From a virus (Duplodnaviria > Caudoviricetes): DNA of 64,000 nucleotides. Position numbers and translations under genes: made by a program. The stretch lies in IMG/VR virus record IMGVR_UViG_2537561663_000008; one strand, given 5' to 3'. Shown here in pieces: positions 49,172 to 59,963 of this stretch. A model generated the notes under the pieces. It was not told where the DNA came from. It saw only the letters and a list, made by a program, of their open reading frames with translations, and ran no database searches. The first letter of the stretch is position 1, and each line of letters begins with the position of its first letter.

Positions 49172-49202
49172 AAAACCTTTTCCTTTCCCACCGCCTACTC
49201 TT
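49172..49202 (+). promoter_or_regulatory. Candidate late promoter AAAACCT-N16-CTACTCTT
   Basis: Matches 44216-44246. Confidence 0.55.
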
Positions 49203-49215
49203 GTTCAAATAACCC

Positions 49216-50460
49216 TTGCATATGGATATGAACACACTTCAATATGTCGTCGGAGAGGCGAAAGAAGGCCAGCCGGCTGTCATCCGTTTCTTCGGCCGTG
49301 TGACGGAAGAGACGACCTCACGTTTCAATGACGAGTTCGACTTCCTGGAAAATATCGTCCGTCCCTCCTGTATCCGCGTGTTGATCAATTCGGAGGGCGG
49401 CAGTGTCCTTTACGGCATGTCCACCTATTCCACCATCGCCAATGCCACGGTGGATACGGAGTGTATCATCGAAGGGGTCGCGGCATCGATGGCCTCCATC
49501 ATCTGGGCGGCAGGCAAGCGTTCTCTCATGCGTGATTATGCCATACTGATGATCCATAACCCGATGTTGCCGGACGATGACGGCGAGGAACCGTCGGACA
49601 TGGTATTGGCTTTTACCAAACAGATCGAGACGATTTACCGGAAACGGTTCGGCCTGAAAGCGGAGCATGTACGGACCATCATGGACGGACAGGCCGGCAA
49701 GGACGGGACCTATTTCGACGCACAGGCTGCCGTCAAGGCCGGTATCATCCCTGCGGAGCATGTCATCCGTACTTCGAAGCAGCTCTGCCGTAAAGTGCGT
49801 GACCAGATAGAAGGATTGACCGATACGACCGCCATTCAGGAGTTGATGAGCCGTGTCAGCGCGGGAAATAAACCTTTCAACGGCATTGGACCTACTCTTA
49901 CAGAAACGGAAAACGATATGGAAAACGAAAACAAGACACAGAGCATTGAGTACGGGGCGATTGCCGCCTCTCTGGGAATGAAGGACGGGGAGGTCAAGGA
50001 CGTGATGGCACGTATCTCCGAACTGGCTGCGATAGAGCCTAAATACAGAGAAATACAGAAATCACTGAGCGACGCGCAGACCGTCATCGCCGGCAAGGAT
50101 GCCGCCATCCGGAACTTGCAGAAAGACCTGGACACAGCGACGGCGCGCCTCTCCGCCTACGAGCAGAAAGAGAAGGACGAGCTGGCCTCCCGCATCGAGA
50201 CACTGGTGGAGAACGCCATTGCCGAAGGCAAGATTGACCGTGAGGCGAAAACGCAGTGGGTGGAGATGGCCGGTTCTAACTTCGAGTTGGCGGAAAGCAC
50301 GCTGGCGTCCATTCCCGCACGGGAGAAAATCTCGAAGGAAATCGCCGATGACCCTGCCAACATCCAGGCCACGGCGGAAGCGACAAAGACCGCCGAACAG
50401 CTGATGGCCGAGAAGGTGGCGGAAGTGGTCGGCGCGGATTTTAAGTTCCGAAAACTCTGA
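49216..50460 (+). CDS. ClpP-type prohead protease fused to a scaffold-like coiled coil
   Basis: INSEGGSV, GVAASMAS (Ser), MIHNP (His); C-terminal coiled coil. Confidence 0.85.
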   Translation: MHMDMNTLQYVVGEAKEGQPAVIRFFGRVTEETTSRFNDEFDFLENIVRPSCIRVLINSEGGSVLYGMSTYSTIANATVDTECIIEGVAASMASIIWAAGKRSLMRDYAILMIHNPMLPDDDGEEPSDMVLAFTKQIETIYRKRFGLKAEHVRTIMDGQAGKDGTYFDAQAAVKAGIIPAEHVIRTSKQLCRKVRDQIEGLTDTTAIQELMSRVSAGNKPFNGIGPTLTETENDMENENKTQSIEYGAIAASLGMKDGEVKDVMARISELAAIEPKYREIQKSLSDAQTVIAGKDAAIRNLQKDLDTATARLSAYEQKEKDELASRIETLVENAIAEGKIDREAKTQWVEMAGSNFELAESTLASIPAREKISKEIADDPANIQATAEATKTAEQLMAEKVAEVVGADFKFRKL

Positions 50461-50586
50461 CAGGCCATCCTCGGGCAGACGCCCGATTTTAACTGACATG
50501 CCGGAGACTGCAGTGTCTCGCGCGGAAACAGCAGGTATCCGCCAGTCGGCCGAGTTTCATTCTTCAACGGAAAACTTAAAACGACA

Positions 50587-51636
50587 ATGGCTGATACAGT
50601 AAACTTTCTTCAAAACGGGTATAGCGGCGAAGTGCTTGAGGACTTGCTGACCTATACCGTGCAGGGCAATGATACGGTCCGGGAGGGACTGATCCATATC
50701 AAGACGGGCATCCAGCACCGCTACACGCTTCCTGCCATCAAGCTGGGCAACATCATTCAGGATAATATGCCGACCCCGCAACCCATCCACGGGGCCAAGG
50801 GCAGTGACGGTACGAACGAGTACCAGCTCACCGAACGTTACCTCGAACCGTCCGATTTTATGGTCTATCTCGAGTTTAACCCGAGGGACTACGAAAAATA
50901 CTGGCGTTTCGCGCAGCCGGAAGGCAATCTCGTCTTCCGAGAACTAGATCCGAAAATCCAGGCGACGATGCTCCGTCTCCTTATGGACAAGAAAAACGAG
51001 TATATCGGAAATGCCATCTGGACCTCCGCACGCGGAGGCGAGACGGCGGCCAAGATTATCGCACCGGAAGGCTGCACGAAAATCGGGGCCAACAAGGAGA
51101 AGTATTTTGACGGCGTCATCAAGCGCATCCTTGACAATGTGAACTCCACCGATGCCGAAGTGGTTGCCGGAGGGCAATGTATCGTTTCGGGAACGACCGA
51201 GCTGACGGACGGGGCGGCGGTGGAAGCGGCACTCTATGCGATGTGGAAGAAATGTCCGAAGCAGATCCGAAAGAAGACATCCCTGGCCTTTGTGGTCGGA
51301 TGGGACGCTTGGGACGCGTATGACCAGTATATCTCGGACAAGCAGGTCAAGTACTCCGAGAATACCGAGGTCAACCGCTATCGCTTCAAGGGCAAGCGCG
51401 TCATCCCGATCGTGGGAATCCCCGAACACACGATGGTACTCGGCGAGTTCTCCACCGGCATGGACTCCAACCTGTGGATGGGAGTGGATTACGCGAACGA
51501 TACGGACATCCTGAAAATCGACCGTCTGCAGGCCAACTCCGAGCTGTTCTTTTTTCAGATGCGCATGAAAATGGACGTGAACATCGTCCGTCCGGCGGAG
51601 ATCGTGGTGCATACCGCCTACAAGAAGAGCGAATAA
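50587..51636 (+). CDS. Major capsid protein
   Basis: 349 aa after protease; HK97-like size and synteny. Confidence 0.7.
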   Translation: MADTVNFLQNGYSGEVLEDLLTYTVQGNDTVREGLIHIKTGIQHRYTLPAIKLGNIIQDNMPTPQPIHGAKGSDGTNEYQLTERYLEPSDFMVYLEFNPRDYEKYWRFAQPEGNLVFRELDPKIQATMLRLLMDKKNEYIGNAIWTSARGGETAAKIIAPEGCTKIGANKEKYFDGVIKRILDNVNSTDAEVVAGGQCIVSGTTELTDGAAVEAALYAMWKKCPKQIRKKTSLAFVVGWDAWDAYDQYISDKQVKYSENTEVNRYRFKGKRVIPIVGIPEHTMVLGEFSTGMDSNLWMGVDYANDTDILKIDRLQANSELFFFQMRMKMDVNIVRPAEIVVHTAYKKSE

Positions 51637-51712
51637 CACACCTTTCTTCATTTTTCAATATCCACCCGGGGAGCGGAGGCAAGGCCCCGTTCCCCATTTT
51701 CATTCTACTGTT

Positions 51713-52060
51713 ATGGCAAAGAAAATCAACACGGAGGAGACTCCGCAGACAGACAACAATAACATTCCTGCACCGGAGACCCGGACGGTGGACGTTCCGG
51801 AATCGGTATCGGAAAACCACGGGACAGGCGGCGAGGCTGAAGACAGGCAGCCGGTCAAGACCGGGAAGAAAGAGGATACAGAGACGGAGGAGACGACGGA
51901 ACCTCACATCCTGGCCCTGCTGAAAAAGTTCCCGGCATATCCGTCGCTGTACATCGACACGCACGGGGGAACCTATGCGCCGGACACGGCCGCCGCCATC
52001 AGGGGCAAGGCCATCCTCTACAGGAATCCTTTCTACAACGAACTTAAAAAGAAATCATAA
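51713..52060 (+). CDS. Hypothetical virion-region protein
   Basis: 115 aa, low-complexity N-terminus. Confidence 0.6.
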   Translation: MAKKINTEETPQTDNNNIPAPETRTVDVPESVSENHGTGGEAEDRQPVKTGKKEDTETEETTEPHILALLKKFPAYPSLYIDTHGGTYAPDTAAAIRGKAILYRNPFYNELKKKS

Positions 52061-53412
52061 TGGCACTCGGTAATGTATTTATCAAGGATGTGGACGGCAA
52101 TATCCCTTACGACACCGGCTCGTCGGGCGAGAAGGTGACGGGACTGCTGTTCGACGTGTCCCTCCAGCCGACGCTTTTCACGGAGGGGTACGGTAAAACC
52201 AATGAGACCAAGCTCAAGTCCGGCGATGTCTGCTACATCACCTCGTTCAAGTCTGCCGTGAACGATTTCGGCATTATCGAACGTGTGGAGGCAACCGACG
52301 GGGAAGAGATGAATGTCAATTTCCTGCATGGCATTCCGGCATACCATATCCGTGAATTTTTCCGCATGTCCGGCAATCCGGGCGGTTCGGGGAAACTCTA
52401 CGTGATGTTCGCGGACTGTTCGGCAAACTGGAATGCGCTGGAAATCATGCAGCGTGCCGCCGGGGGCATGATCAACCAGATAGGCATATGGACGGAGCAG
52501 CCGCTGTGGAAGGCTAACGGAGTATCGGGGCAGTACAGCCTCAATCTGGTAAAGGGACTTAATGATGTGGCCGTGGGGCTTGCGGAACAGAACCAGCCGC
52601 TCTCGCTCATCCTTTCCGCCAATCCTTCCAATACGGGGGCGGATACGACCGAGGGGCGTCAGATTGACCTGAATAAAATACCTTCATGTATCTGTGAATC
52701 AAGCCGTGTCAGCTGTATATTCGGCCAGGCGCATCACGAAAAGATCTCCACGATGCAGATGTGCAACAGAAACCATACGCCCGTGGGATTCCTGGGAGCG
52801 GTTATGGGAGCCATAGCAAAGGCCAACGTGCATGAATCCATCGCGTGGGTCAAGCAGTTCAATCTCTTCGCGGACGATTTCCAGGAAATAGAACTGGGGT
52901 TCGGGGATATCAACCTCGACGAAGCGGAGGAGAACTTCCTCAGTCTGAACCGGTACGAGTCGCTCTCCCCGTCACTGTTGGACGAACTCGACGACAAGGG
53001 GTATATTTTCCCCATCAAGTATGCCGGCCGCGAGAACGGGATCTACATCTCGAAAGACCAGACATGCTCACATGGGGATTTCCGTACCATTGCACGGAAC
53101 CGCACCATCAACAAGAGCCGCCGAGCCGTGCGCGCCGCACTGTTGCCGTATGTAAATTCCCCGCTGATGGTCAATCCTTCAACCGGGTTTCTCGCCCCGT
53201 CGAAGATTACGGCATTCAAAACACTCATCGGGGATATATTGGCCAAGATGCAGGCGGCGCAGGAGATTTCAGGCTATGCCGTGACCATCGATCCTAACCA
53301 GAACGTGTTGGTGGACGACACGCTGCGCATCTCCTATGTCCTTGTCCCGGTGGGCGTGGCCGTGAAGATTTATGTCGAGGAAGGACTGTCATTAACCGCT
53401 AACAAATCATAG
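52060..53412 (+). CDS. Tail sheath protein (DUF2586-like)
   Basis: 450 aa; IARNRTINKSRR and C-terminal VLVPVGVAVKIYV sheath-like motifs, followed by tube gene. Confidence 0.75.
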   Translation: MALGNVFIKDVDGNIPYDTGSSGEKVTGLLFDVSLQPTLFTEGYGKTNETKLKSGDVCYITSFKSAVNDFGIIERVEATDGEEMNVNFLHGIPAYHIREFFRMSGNPGGSGKLYVMFADCSANWNALEIMQRAAGGMINQIGIWTEQPLWKANGVSGQYSLNLVKGLNDVAVGLAEQNQPLSLILSANPSNTGADTTEGRQIDLNKIPSCICESSRVSCIFGQAHHEKISTMQMCNRNHTPVGFLGAVMGAIAKANVHESIAWVKQFNLFADDFQEIELGFGDINLDEAEENFLSLNRYESLSPSLLDELDDKGYIFPIKYAGRENGIYISKDQTCSHGDFRTIARNRTINKSRRAVRAALLPYVNSPLMVNPSTGFLAPSKITAFKTLIGDILAKMQAAQEISGYAVTIDPNQNVLVDDTLRISYVLVPVGVAVKIYVEEGLSLTANKS

Positions 53413-53415
53413 CAT

Positions 53416-53871
53416 ATGGCAATAATCAACAATGTAGCATACTCGTGGTCGATGATAACCCTGTCATCGACCGCCCTGGGAATCGATGAGGGTTCCACGA
53501 CCCTTGAAGGCGTGTCGGCCATCAAATGGTCGAAGAAGCGCAAGGTCGAAAGTAATTACGGCATGGGTGGCCGGCCGGTGTCGAGGGGCTTCGGGAACAT
53601 TACCTATACGGCGAGCATCACGATGGACTATGCCACGCAGCAGCTGTTGCGTTCGGTGTACGGCTCGCTGCTCGAAATCGGAGAGTTCGACCTGATCATC
53701 AGCTTTGCCAACCCGATGGCCGGCGAGGACTGGACGACGACGACCGTAACACTCAAAGGTTGCATCTTCACGGAGGATTGTCTCGAGTCACAGCAGGATG
53801 ATACCAATATCACCCACGAGTTCGACCTTAATCCGTTTGATATTCAAATAGGGAACAGCGATAGTATCTAA
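53416..53871 (+). CDS. Tail tube protein
   Basis: 151 aa; YGMGGRPVSRGFGN motif; follows sheath. Confidence 0.75.
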   Translation: MAIINNVAYSWSMITLSSTALGIDEGSTTLEGVSAIKWSKKRKVESNYGMGGRPVSRGFGNITYTASITMDYATQQLLRSVYGSLLEIGEFDLIISFANPMAGEDWTTTTVTLKGCIFTEDCLESQQDDTNITHEFDLNPFDIQIGNSDSI

Positions 53872-53877
53872 GCTGTC

Positions 53878-54360
53878 ATGGACGTAACTTTTGAAGGAAA
53901 ATCTTCTACCGGAAAGGACGAATGGCTCACGCCTCCCTGCCTGCTTCGGAGGCTGGGGCCGTTCGATCTGGATCCGTGTTCACCCGTAAACCGCCCATGG
54001 GATACGGCGCGACATCACTATACCATTGAGGATGACGGCCTACAACAGCCCTGGTTCGGACGTGTGTTCTGCAATCCTCCCTATGACACGGCACTGATTG
54101 TCCGTTTTATCCGCAGGTGTGTCGAACACAGGAATGCCGTCGCGCTGACTTTTGCCCGCACGGACACGCGCCTGTTCCACGAACTGATATTCCCAAACGC
54201 CGATTCAATACTCTTTATCAAGGGACGACTCAGTTTTTACCATGTCACGGGAGAACAGGGTGGTACGGCCGGAGCGCCGTCATGCCTGATCGCCTTCAAC
54301 AAGGAAAATACCGCAGTCCTGGAAACATGCGGTATCGACGGAAAGTTGGTGAAGCCGTAA
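53878..54360 (+). CDS. Phage Dam-like N6-adenine DNA methyltransferase
   Basis: DEWLTPP, FDLDPC, WFGRVFCNPPY. Confidence 0.85.
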   Translation: MDVTFEGKSSTGKDEWLTPPCLLRRLGPFDLDPCSPVNRPWDTARHHYTIEDDGLQQPWFGRVFCNPPYDTALIVRFIRRCVEHRNAVALTFARTDTRLFHELIFPNADSILFIKGRLSFYHVTGEQGGTAGAPSCLIAFNKENTAVLETCGIDGKLVKP

Positions 54361-54596
54361 TACTCACCATATGAGAATTCTTGCGATTAAAATCATGTAA
54401 TTGTTAATAAAAGCAGTAAATATCGCACCAATACTATTTTGTTCAGCATAAAGCACCTTGCTAGACGCTCTCTCAAATCGCACTTGTGCGATTCTCTTAT
54501 TGTTTTATATACAAGTATATCATATGGGCTTTTAATTCCTTGATAAATAAATAAGTCAAGATTTGCACATCTATATTTGTATAAGATTTTACAAGT

Positions 54597-56357
54597 TTAC
54601 CAATACTCGATGGTTCGTTTCTCTGTATATTCTTTCGGATCGGTATATTCATCGCCGATATAGTTCCCATTGTCATCATACTTATCATATTCGGTGGTGT
54701 AGCTTACCTTCCGCTCTATCCAATTTTTGTGTTTGTCGAACTTGGTATAGGTATAGCGATAAGTGGTGTTGCCTTCTTCCGGGTGCTCCTGTATCATCGT
54801 GGCCGGATATTTGCTGTCACCTTCATAGCTGTATTTCCAAGTGACGTATGCCATGTGCGAAGTAAACTGATGACTGATGATACGATTGCGTTTATCAAAC
54901 ATATAGGTCTGGTCAAGTTCCGTGTTGGTATCAGCATCCGGACAAATATCCGTCCGCATACCATCTTTTGATTCGATGTTCACCACATAATCTCCCCATC
55001 CTTCCACTTTGTAGGAAGTAGCTGTGACATATTGATAGGCCGCTTCGTCTCCGAACTTGTTCTGCATGGCAATCAGATTGCCCGCCTGGTCAAATTTGAG
55101 TGATTCCTCATTGCCGTTTACCGACTTGACTTTACCGGACAACCCATAAATATCCGTTCCTTTGTAGCGTAAACTGCCCATTAAGGCAGGTTGACCGTTT
55201 TCTTTTGCAGCTTTCATGGAAGCAATCGTTTCATCGTCCCAGTAATCAATGCTGCGGACAACTGTCAGGCTGGGAGTCTCACCCGCTTTGACAGCAGAGG
55301 AACGATCCTGATTCGATGTAAATCCGTCTCTGAAAGCCTTATAGTAGGTACGCAATGCGGGTATCTCATCGATGTTAGCCGGAAATGTAACGGTAGCCTG
55401 TGTCCAGTTTCCTTTCTCATCATATACATAATCGTAGGAGACGGTAAACGTCATGTCATCCACCCGCCAGCTGTTGCCTTTACTTTTATATACACCTCCG
55501 CTATACGTCCAAGTAGCCAAGTCTCCGTGTGAGTTATACGCAAAACAGCTGGTACAAGTCAGTGTTTCGATCCCCCCGTCAAATTCAACGGGAATCTTCT
55601 CTACGGCTTGTGTACACAGATGGCCTGTATAGGCATAGGTTGTCACCGATTGTCCTGTCTTGTAACTGTCGATGTCTTTCAAGAACATGTTCGTGGTCTT
55701 CGGTGTTTCAAAAGACTTCAAGTGAGCGAGCGAATCGAACCTGAGTCTATAGAGGGTTACACCGGCTTCTGTGGCCAGAGAGCGTTCTTTTTCGGGCAGA
55801 ATGGATTTTAAAGTACCATTCTGATGATACTCATACAGATAGTTCCACGTGCCCGGATTTCCTCCCCGGTCTCTTTCGCGGCGGACTAGGCGACCTGCAC
55901 TGTCATAAATGAAGCCTTTATCTTTGTATTTCCGCTTATAACGTCCGTCATACACCGATTTGATCAGGGTCAGGTTGGAATTGCCGTCATATTCATACGA
56001 AATGACATCAAATCCGGTTGCCCCCACATTGAATGAAGTACGCCGCTGTTCGGACAGACGGCCGTCAGGCAGAAATTCGTATTGCGAGGTACTCGTTACG
56101 CCCCATGCCGCATTGTGGTATTCGTAGGTGACCAGTTTCGGATAGTCGCGCAATCCCATCTTTACCCAATCCGTAGGATAGTTTACGAAATAAGGCATCA
56201 GTTCTTCCATGTTCATGTCCACCCGAACCAGGTCAAAATACACCTGAAGCGGTGTACAAGGCTGATTGCTGTCATCGCTGCCACAGCTTGCCGCTCCTAT
56301 GCCCAGCAAGCAGGAAAGACCGGCAGCCTGTATTGTCTGTACTGCTTTCATGTTCAT
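54597..56357 (-). CDS. Lipoprotein with YD/RHS-like beta repeats
   Basis: LLGIGAASC lipobox; repeated YEYD.., YDEKGNW and YDKHKNW-type motifs. Confidence 0.7.
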   Translation of the reverse strand: MNMKAVQTIQAAGLSCLLGIGAASCGSDDSNQPCTPLQVYFDLVRVDMNMEELMPYFVNYPTDWVKMGLRDYPKLVTYEYHNAAWGVTSTSQYEFLPDGRLSEQRRTSFNVGATGFDVISYEYDGNSNLTLIKSVYDGRYKRKYKDKGFIYDSAGRLVRRERDRGGNPGTWNYLYEYHQNGTLKSILPEKERSLATEAGVTLYRLRFDSLAHLKSFETPKTTNMFLKDIDSYKTGQSVTTYAYTGHLCTQAVEKIPVEFDGGIETLTCTSCFAYNSHGDLATWTYSGGVYKSKGNSWRVDDMTFTVSYDYVYDEKGNWTQATVTFPANIDEIPALRTYYKAFRDGFTSNQDRSSAVKAGETPSLTVVRSIDYWDDETIASMKAAKENGQPALMGSLRYKGTDIYGLSGKVKSVNGNEESLKFDQAGNLIAMQNKFGDEAAYQYVTATSYKVEGWGDYVVNIESKDGMRTDICPDADTNTELDQTYMFDKRNRIISHQFTSHMAYVTWKYSYEGDSKYPATMIQEHPEEGNTTYRYTYTKFDKHKNWIERKVSYTTEYDKYDDNGNYIGDEYTDPKEYTEKRTIEYW

Positions 56358-56358
56358 T

Positions 56359-57666
56359 TTATGGCTTATATAATTCTGTTTCATGTTTTTCTTCACAAGG
56401 GATTTGCTTACTCACGGAGTAATGAATATTCCATACGGGATAAGTTCTTGTTTTATCTTTGCAACACGAGTGGAGATAACAGTTTCCGTGTATCGGACTT
56501 TCCGCTCCCAGCAATCCGGAAATATATTCACTTCCCTTTCCGGACAGCACGATTCTGCCTTCATTGATTACCCGATGGAACGAACAGCCTCCGAAACTGC
56601 CGATTATACCTCCTACGCAGGAATATTCAGATGTCAGGTCATTCTTGATTTCGATGTTACCTGCATTGTACAGATCCAATGGATAGATACGTTCGTAGTT
56701 ATGTGGTTGCAGATTGCCGCATACTCCTCCGATATTAAATGCAGCAGATGTATTCTGGGTGTCTAAACGGATGTTTCCCCAATTATGGAGATGTCCTATG
56801 TCTGTTTCATTGGTCCAGAACTGTCCGAAAACACCACCGATGCAGTTGTGTTCAGGTTGGGCATCGGCCTTCCACTGCACGGTCAAATTGCCTTTATTCT
56901 CAACGCAAACATCCCCCTTAATAAAGACCTTACCATAATTGGTAACCACCCCGATGACTCCACCTATATCGGCATTACTACAAGGATTGACAGTGATATT
57001 GCCTTCGTTAACCACCTTGCCACGCAAAGACACTTCCACTTCGGAGCCGTAACTATTCAGATGTCCGATAAGTCCACCTAACCAAAGTGTACAGATGCCC
57101 TTATTGTCAGCAAATGAGATGTTAACCTTGCTGGTGCAATTCTCGATACATCCATTCTTGAACTCTCCCGCCAGTGAACCGACAGACAGGATATAACTGT
57201 TTTCTCTTTTTTGAGCGTCAATGGTCATGTCACCTGCCAATGTCAGGTCTTTGACCACCGTTCCTTTCTCACCACCCATTTCATCAAACAGACCGGCGCT
57301 AAACGAACCCTGAGAATTCTCTTCAATGACCACCCGTATTCCATCGAAAGTAATGGTATGTCCGTTGCCGTCGAACTCCCTAACCGGGAATTTAATAGGT
57401 GTCCATTCACCGCTGATTTCGATATCCTTCACCAGTTTAATCCGCACTTCATCCGCCGGAATCTCCTTGCCTGCATCGGTGAGTAGCGTTTGCGCTTCCA
57501 TGTTTTTATCCTTGATTTCGAACGTTTCGTTCAGGAAACGCAGTTCACTCTCTTTTCCGATTTCAAATACCTGTTCCGCCTCGTTGAAATGCAAGGCGGT
57601 GACTTTCTCTTCACACGATGTCAGCCAAAAAGGCAGGCAAGCGACAAGGTAAACCATTCTTTTCAT
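56359..57666 (-). CDS. Lipoprotein with GLUG-like beta-helix repeats
   Basis: FWLTSC lipobox; FDGNGHTI, VGSLAG, IGGVIG, N.GNI repeats. Confidence 0.7.
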   Translation of the reverse strand: MKRMVYLVACLPFWLTSCEEKVTALHFNEAEQVFEIGKESELRFLNETFEIKDKNMEAQTLLTDAGKEIPADEVRIKLVKDIEISGEWTPIKFPVREFDGNGHTITFDGIRVVIEENSQGSFSAGLFDEMGGEKGTVVKDLTLAGDMTIDAQKRENSYILSVGSLAGEFKNGCIENCTSKVNISFADNKGICTLWLGGLIGHLNSYGSEVEVSLRGKVVNEGNITVNPCSNADIGGVIGVVTNYGKVFIKGDVCVENKGNLTVQWKADAQPEHNCIGGVFGQFWTNETDIGHLHNWGNIRLDTQNTSAAFNIGGVCGNLQPHNYERIYPLDLYNAGNIEIKNDLTSEYSCVGGIIGSFGGCSFHRVINEGRIVLSGKGSEYISGLLGAESPIHGNCYLHSCCKDKTRTYPVWNIHYSVSKQIPCEEKHETELYKP

Positions 57667-57679
57667 GATGCTGTTCTTT

Positions 57680-58576
57680 TTACATATCTGCTGCATAATT
57701 CTCGCCCTCCATGATAAACATTCCCGACTCTTTCCAGTAATACACCACATAAGGCTCTACTTTCGACATTTCATTGATGTCCTGCGTGGGCATTCCACTA
57801 AAATAGGTAAAGACCAGTGCGTTACCCTCTATTTTCCCGGCATACGACTCCACGCTTGACATAGGAATGCTTTCACCTTGTGGAGGATACATGGTCGTTT
57901 TGACCATAAAAACTTGTTCTCCTTTCTTTTCCAGTGTGAAAGATATTAAGCCGTTGGCATAACTTTTTGTAAAGGCTGATTCTGGGATGGTATTATCTTT
58001 CAAGTAAAAAGCATACTCCGGATAAATATATCCGATACGTTTGTCTTGGGCAGAAAGCTCTACCTTGAACCATCCCTTTTCTTTCCCCAAGAATCTGAAG
58101 CTTTGTCCACGGTTGGCTTTCATTAAAGGATTACCCGATACAGGGGTGGAACGGACATTGATTTTATCTCCTCCACTGATGAATACGTAGTTACATTTAT
58201 CTTTCTGCTTAAACACTACCGGCTCTGAACCGGGTGGCAAGAAGGACAGTTCCTTCGTGGTGGGATTGTACTTGAACTCCGCTTTTTGTTTTCCCATACT
58301 GCTTTCTACGGCAACCGAAGCCTCTGTATTATCAATGTGATAGACGTCTACAATACTATAGGCAAGCCCATAGCCTCCTTCAAACACATTGTAAACACCG
58401 TAACTGCCATCTGTCGGTGTGTTGTACAGGTCTATTTCCAACTGAATCTGGCTGTTGCCTTCCCAATATTCCCATTTGCCCACAAAGGGTTTTGTGTCAT
58501 CTGCTTGTATAGACGCGTGTACACTCAAGAAGCCACAAACAAGGCTTATCAAACTTAGGCATATCAATTTTTTCAT
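57680..58576 (-). CDS. Secreted SH3b-domain protein
   Basis: Signal peptide; INVRSTP...GWFKV...GYI. Confidence 0.75.
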   Translation of the reverse strand: MKKLICLSLISLVCGFLSVHASIQADDTKPFVGKWEYWEGNSQIQLEIDLYNTPTDGSYGVYNVFEGGYGLAYSIVDVYHIDNTEASVAVESSMGKQKAEFKYNPTTKELSFLPPGSEPVVFKQKDKCNYVFISGGDKINVRSTPVSGNPLMKANRGQSFRFLGKEKGWFKVELSAQDKRIGYIYPEYAFYLKDNTIPESAFTKSYANGLISFTLEKKGEQVFMVKTTMYPPQGESIPMSSVESYAGKIEGNALVFTYFSGMPTQDINEMSKVEPYVVYYWKESGMFIMEGENYAADM

Positions 58577-58602
58577 TATGCTGTTGCTTTATATGGTTAA
58601 AA

Positions 58603-59463
58603 TTAAAGACTAAAAGTGACATATACGGCAGACTGTACCCGTACAGGCTGTCCGTCTTTGATTCCGGGTGTCCATTCCTTTAAAGACTTGACCACTCTTA
58701 CGGCTTCGGTATTGAGATTGGCATGAACCTTTTTCACTGCCGTAACATCAGATACCGAACCGTCTTTCTCCACTATAAAGGAAACAAGCACGTCACCCTG
58801 AATCTTCTGCTGTTTGCAGATCATGGGATAACGTATACTTCGGGCAATATCCGCCAGCAATGCTTGGTTTCCACCGGGGTATTCCGGCTCCTTATCCACC
58901 TCGCTGCCTTTGTACACCTTATTGGGGCTTACCTTGGATTGTGCCGGTTCTCGTCTATCTTCCTTCGGAGTGGTTGGCATACCAAATCTTCTTTCGGGAG
59001 TATCTTTGTCTGTTGCTTTTTGCTCTTCCAGTTCCTGTTGTAATGTTCTCTGCAACACTTCACTGGAGATAAGAAAACCGTTGAACTTGGAAGGAGCGTA
59101 CCCGGAGAATGCCGATACCACTTCGAAACTGAATGTTTTTCCCTCCTCGATACGTGGGAAATAATAAGTACCCGCTGTTTTTATCCGATTGCCCGGCATC
59201 AGGTAGAACAGGTCTATGGGCAAACTGCGGCTTGTCTTCTGTGCCACTCCCTTTATCTGAAATTTATAGCCGCCATTGGCGCGTCCCGTACAAGTAACGC
59301 TGGTAACATGCCAATAACGATCCACTCCGGCATCGCATTTGAACGGCACATTTACCGGATAACTCTTGGGAGGAATGGAAAAACTTGTTTGCGCAAAAGT
59401 CGCATGACTCATGAAGAATGCCCCTAAGACAATGAGGCATAGTAAAATAGATAATCGCTTCAT
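58603..59463 (-). CDS. Secreted protein with C-terminal TonB domain
   Basis: PEYPGG...IRYP...IQGDVLVSFIVEKDGSV...WTPG...PVRV. Confidence 0.85.
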   Translation of the reverse strand: MKRLSILLCLIVLGAFFMSHATFAQTSFSIPPKSYPVNVPFKCDAGVDRYWHVTSVTCTGRANGGYKFQIKGVAQKTSRSLPIDLFYLMPGNRIKTAGTYYFPRIEEGKTFSFEVVSAFSGYAPSKFNGFLISSEVLQRTLQQELEEQKATDKDTPERRFGMPTTPKEDRREPAQSKVSPNKVYKGSEVDKEPEYPGGNQALLADIARSIRYPMICKQQKIQGDVLVSFIVEKDGSVSDVTAVKKVHANLNTEAVRVVKSLKEWTPGIKDGQPVRVQSAVYVTFSL

Positions 59464-59493
59464 ACGTATATCGTTTTATAGTTTTTAGATTCA

Positions 59494-59922
59494 TCAGAGT
59501 TTAAACGTGATAGGCAGAGTGTATTCCACATTTACCGGTTTGCCATCCTGTGTACCGGGAATCCAACGAGGCATGGACTTCACTACGCGGACAGCTTCCT
59601 TATCCAAATAAGGATCTACAGACTTGGTAACACGAATATTTGAGATAGAGCCATCGCTCTTGACTGTAAATTTCACCAACACTTTGCCTTGTATTTTCTG
59701 TTCCTTGCAAACTGTCGGAAACTTTAGATTCTTTGATAAAAATTGTACCAATGCGGTGATACCACCGGGAAATTCCGGAGACACCTCTCTCTTGTTCTGG
59801 GAAACTTTTGCCATCGAAGGCAAATCATTGATAGTTCTTGCCTCATTTGCAGCCTGTGTATCCAAACAGTTGCCAATCAGCAGTGCGGATAGTAAACTGC
59901 TCAAAATAATTTGTTTTTTCAT
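59494..59922 (-). CDS. TonB C-terminal domain protein with signal peptide
   Basis: PEFPGG...IQGKVLVKFTV...LDKEAVRVVKSMPRWIPG. Confidence 0.85.
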   Translation of the reverse strand: MKKQIILSSLLSALLIGNCLDTQAANEARTINDLPSMAKVSQNKREVSPEFPGGITALVQFLSKNLKFPTVCKEQKIQGKVLVKFTVKSDGSISNIRVTKSVDPYLDKEAVRVVKSMPRWIPGTQDGKPVNVEYTLPITFKL

Positions 59923-59963
59923 ACAGTTTTATTGTTTAATTATCAATACGTTACATTATTCAT

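Larger units (their letters stand above)
1..54360. mobile_element. Temperate contractile-tailed phage-like element of Bacteroidales (left end outside window; right boundary uncertain)
   Basis: Portal, Mu F/G-like, ClpP-type protease, capsid, sheath and tube genes; long co-oriented block of small genes; Bacteroidetes TAnnTTTG promoters. No att sites or terminase seen. Confidence 0.75.

Noticed and set aside
52060-53871. T6SS or extracellular contractile injection system
   Set aside because: Sheath and tube directly follow portal, protease and capsid genes, which indicates a phage virion.
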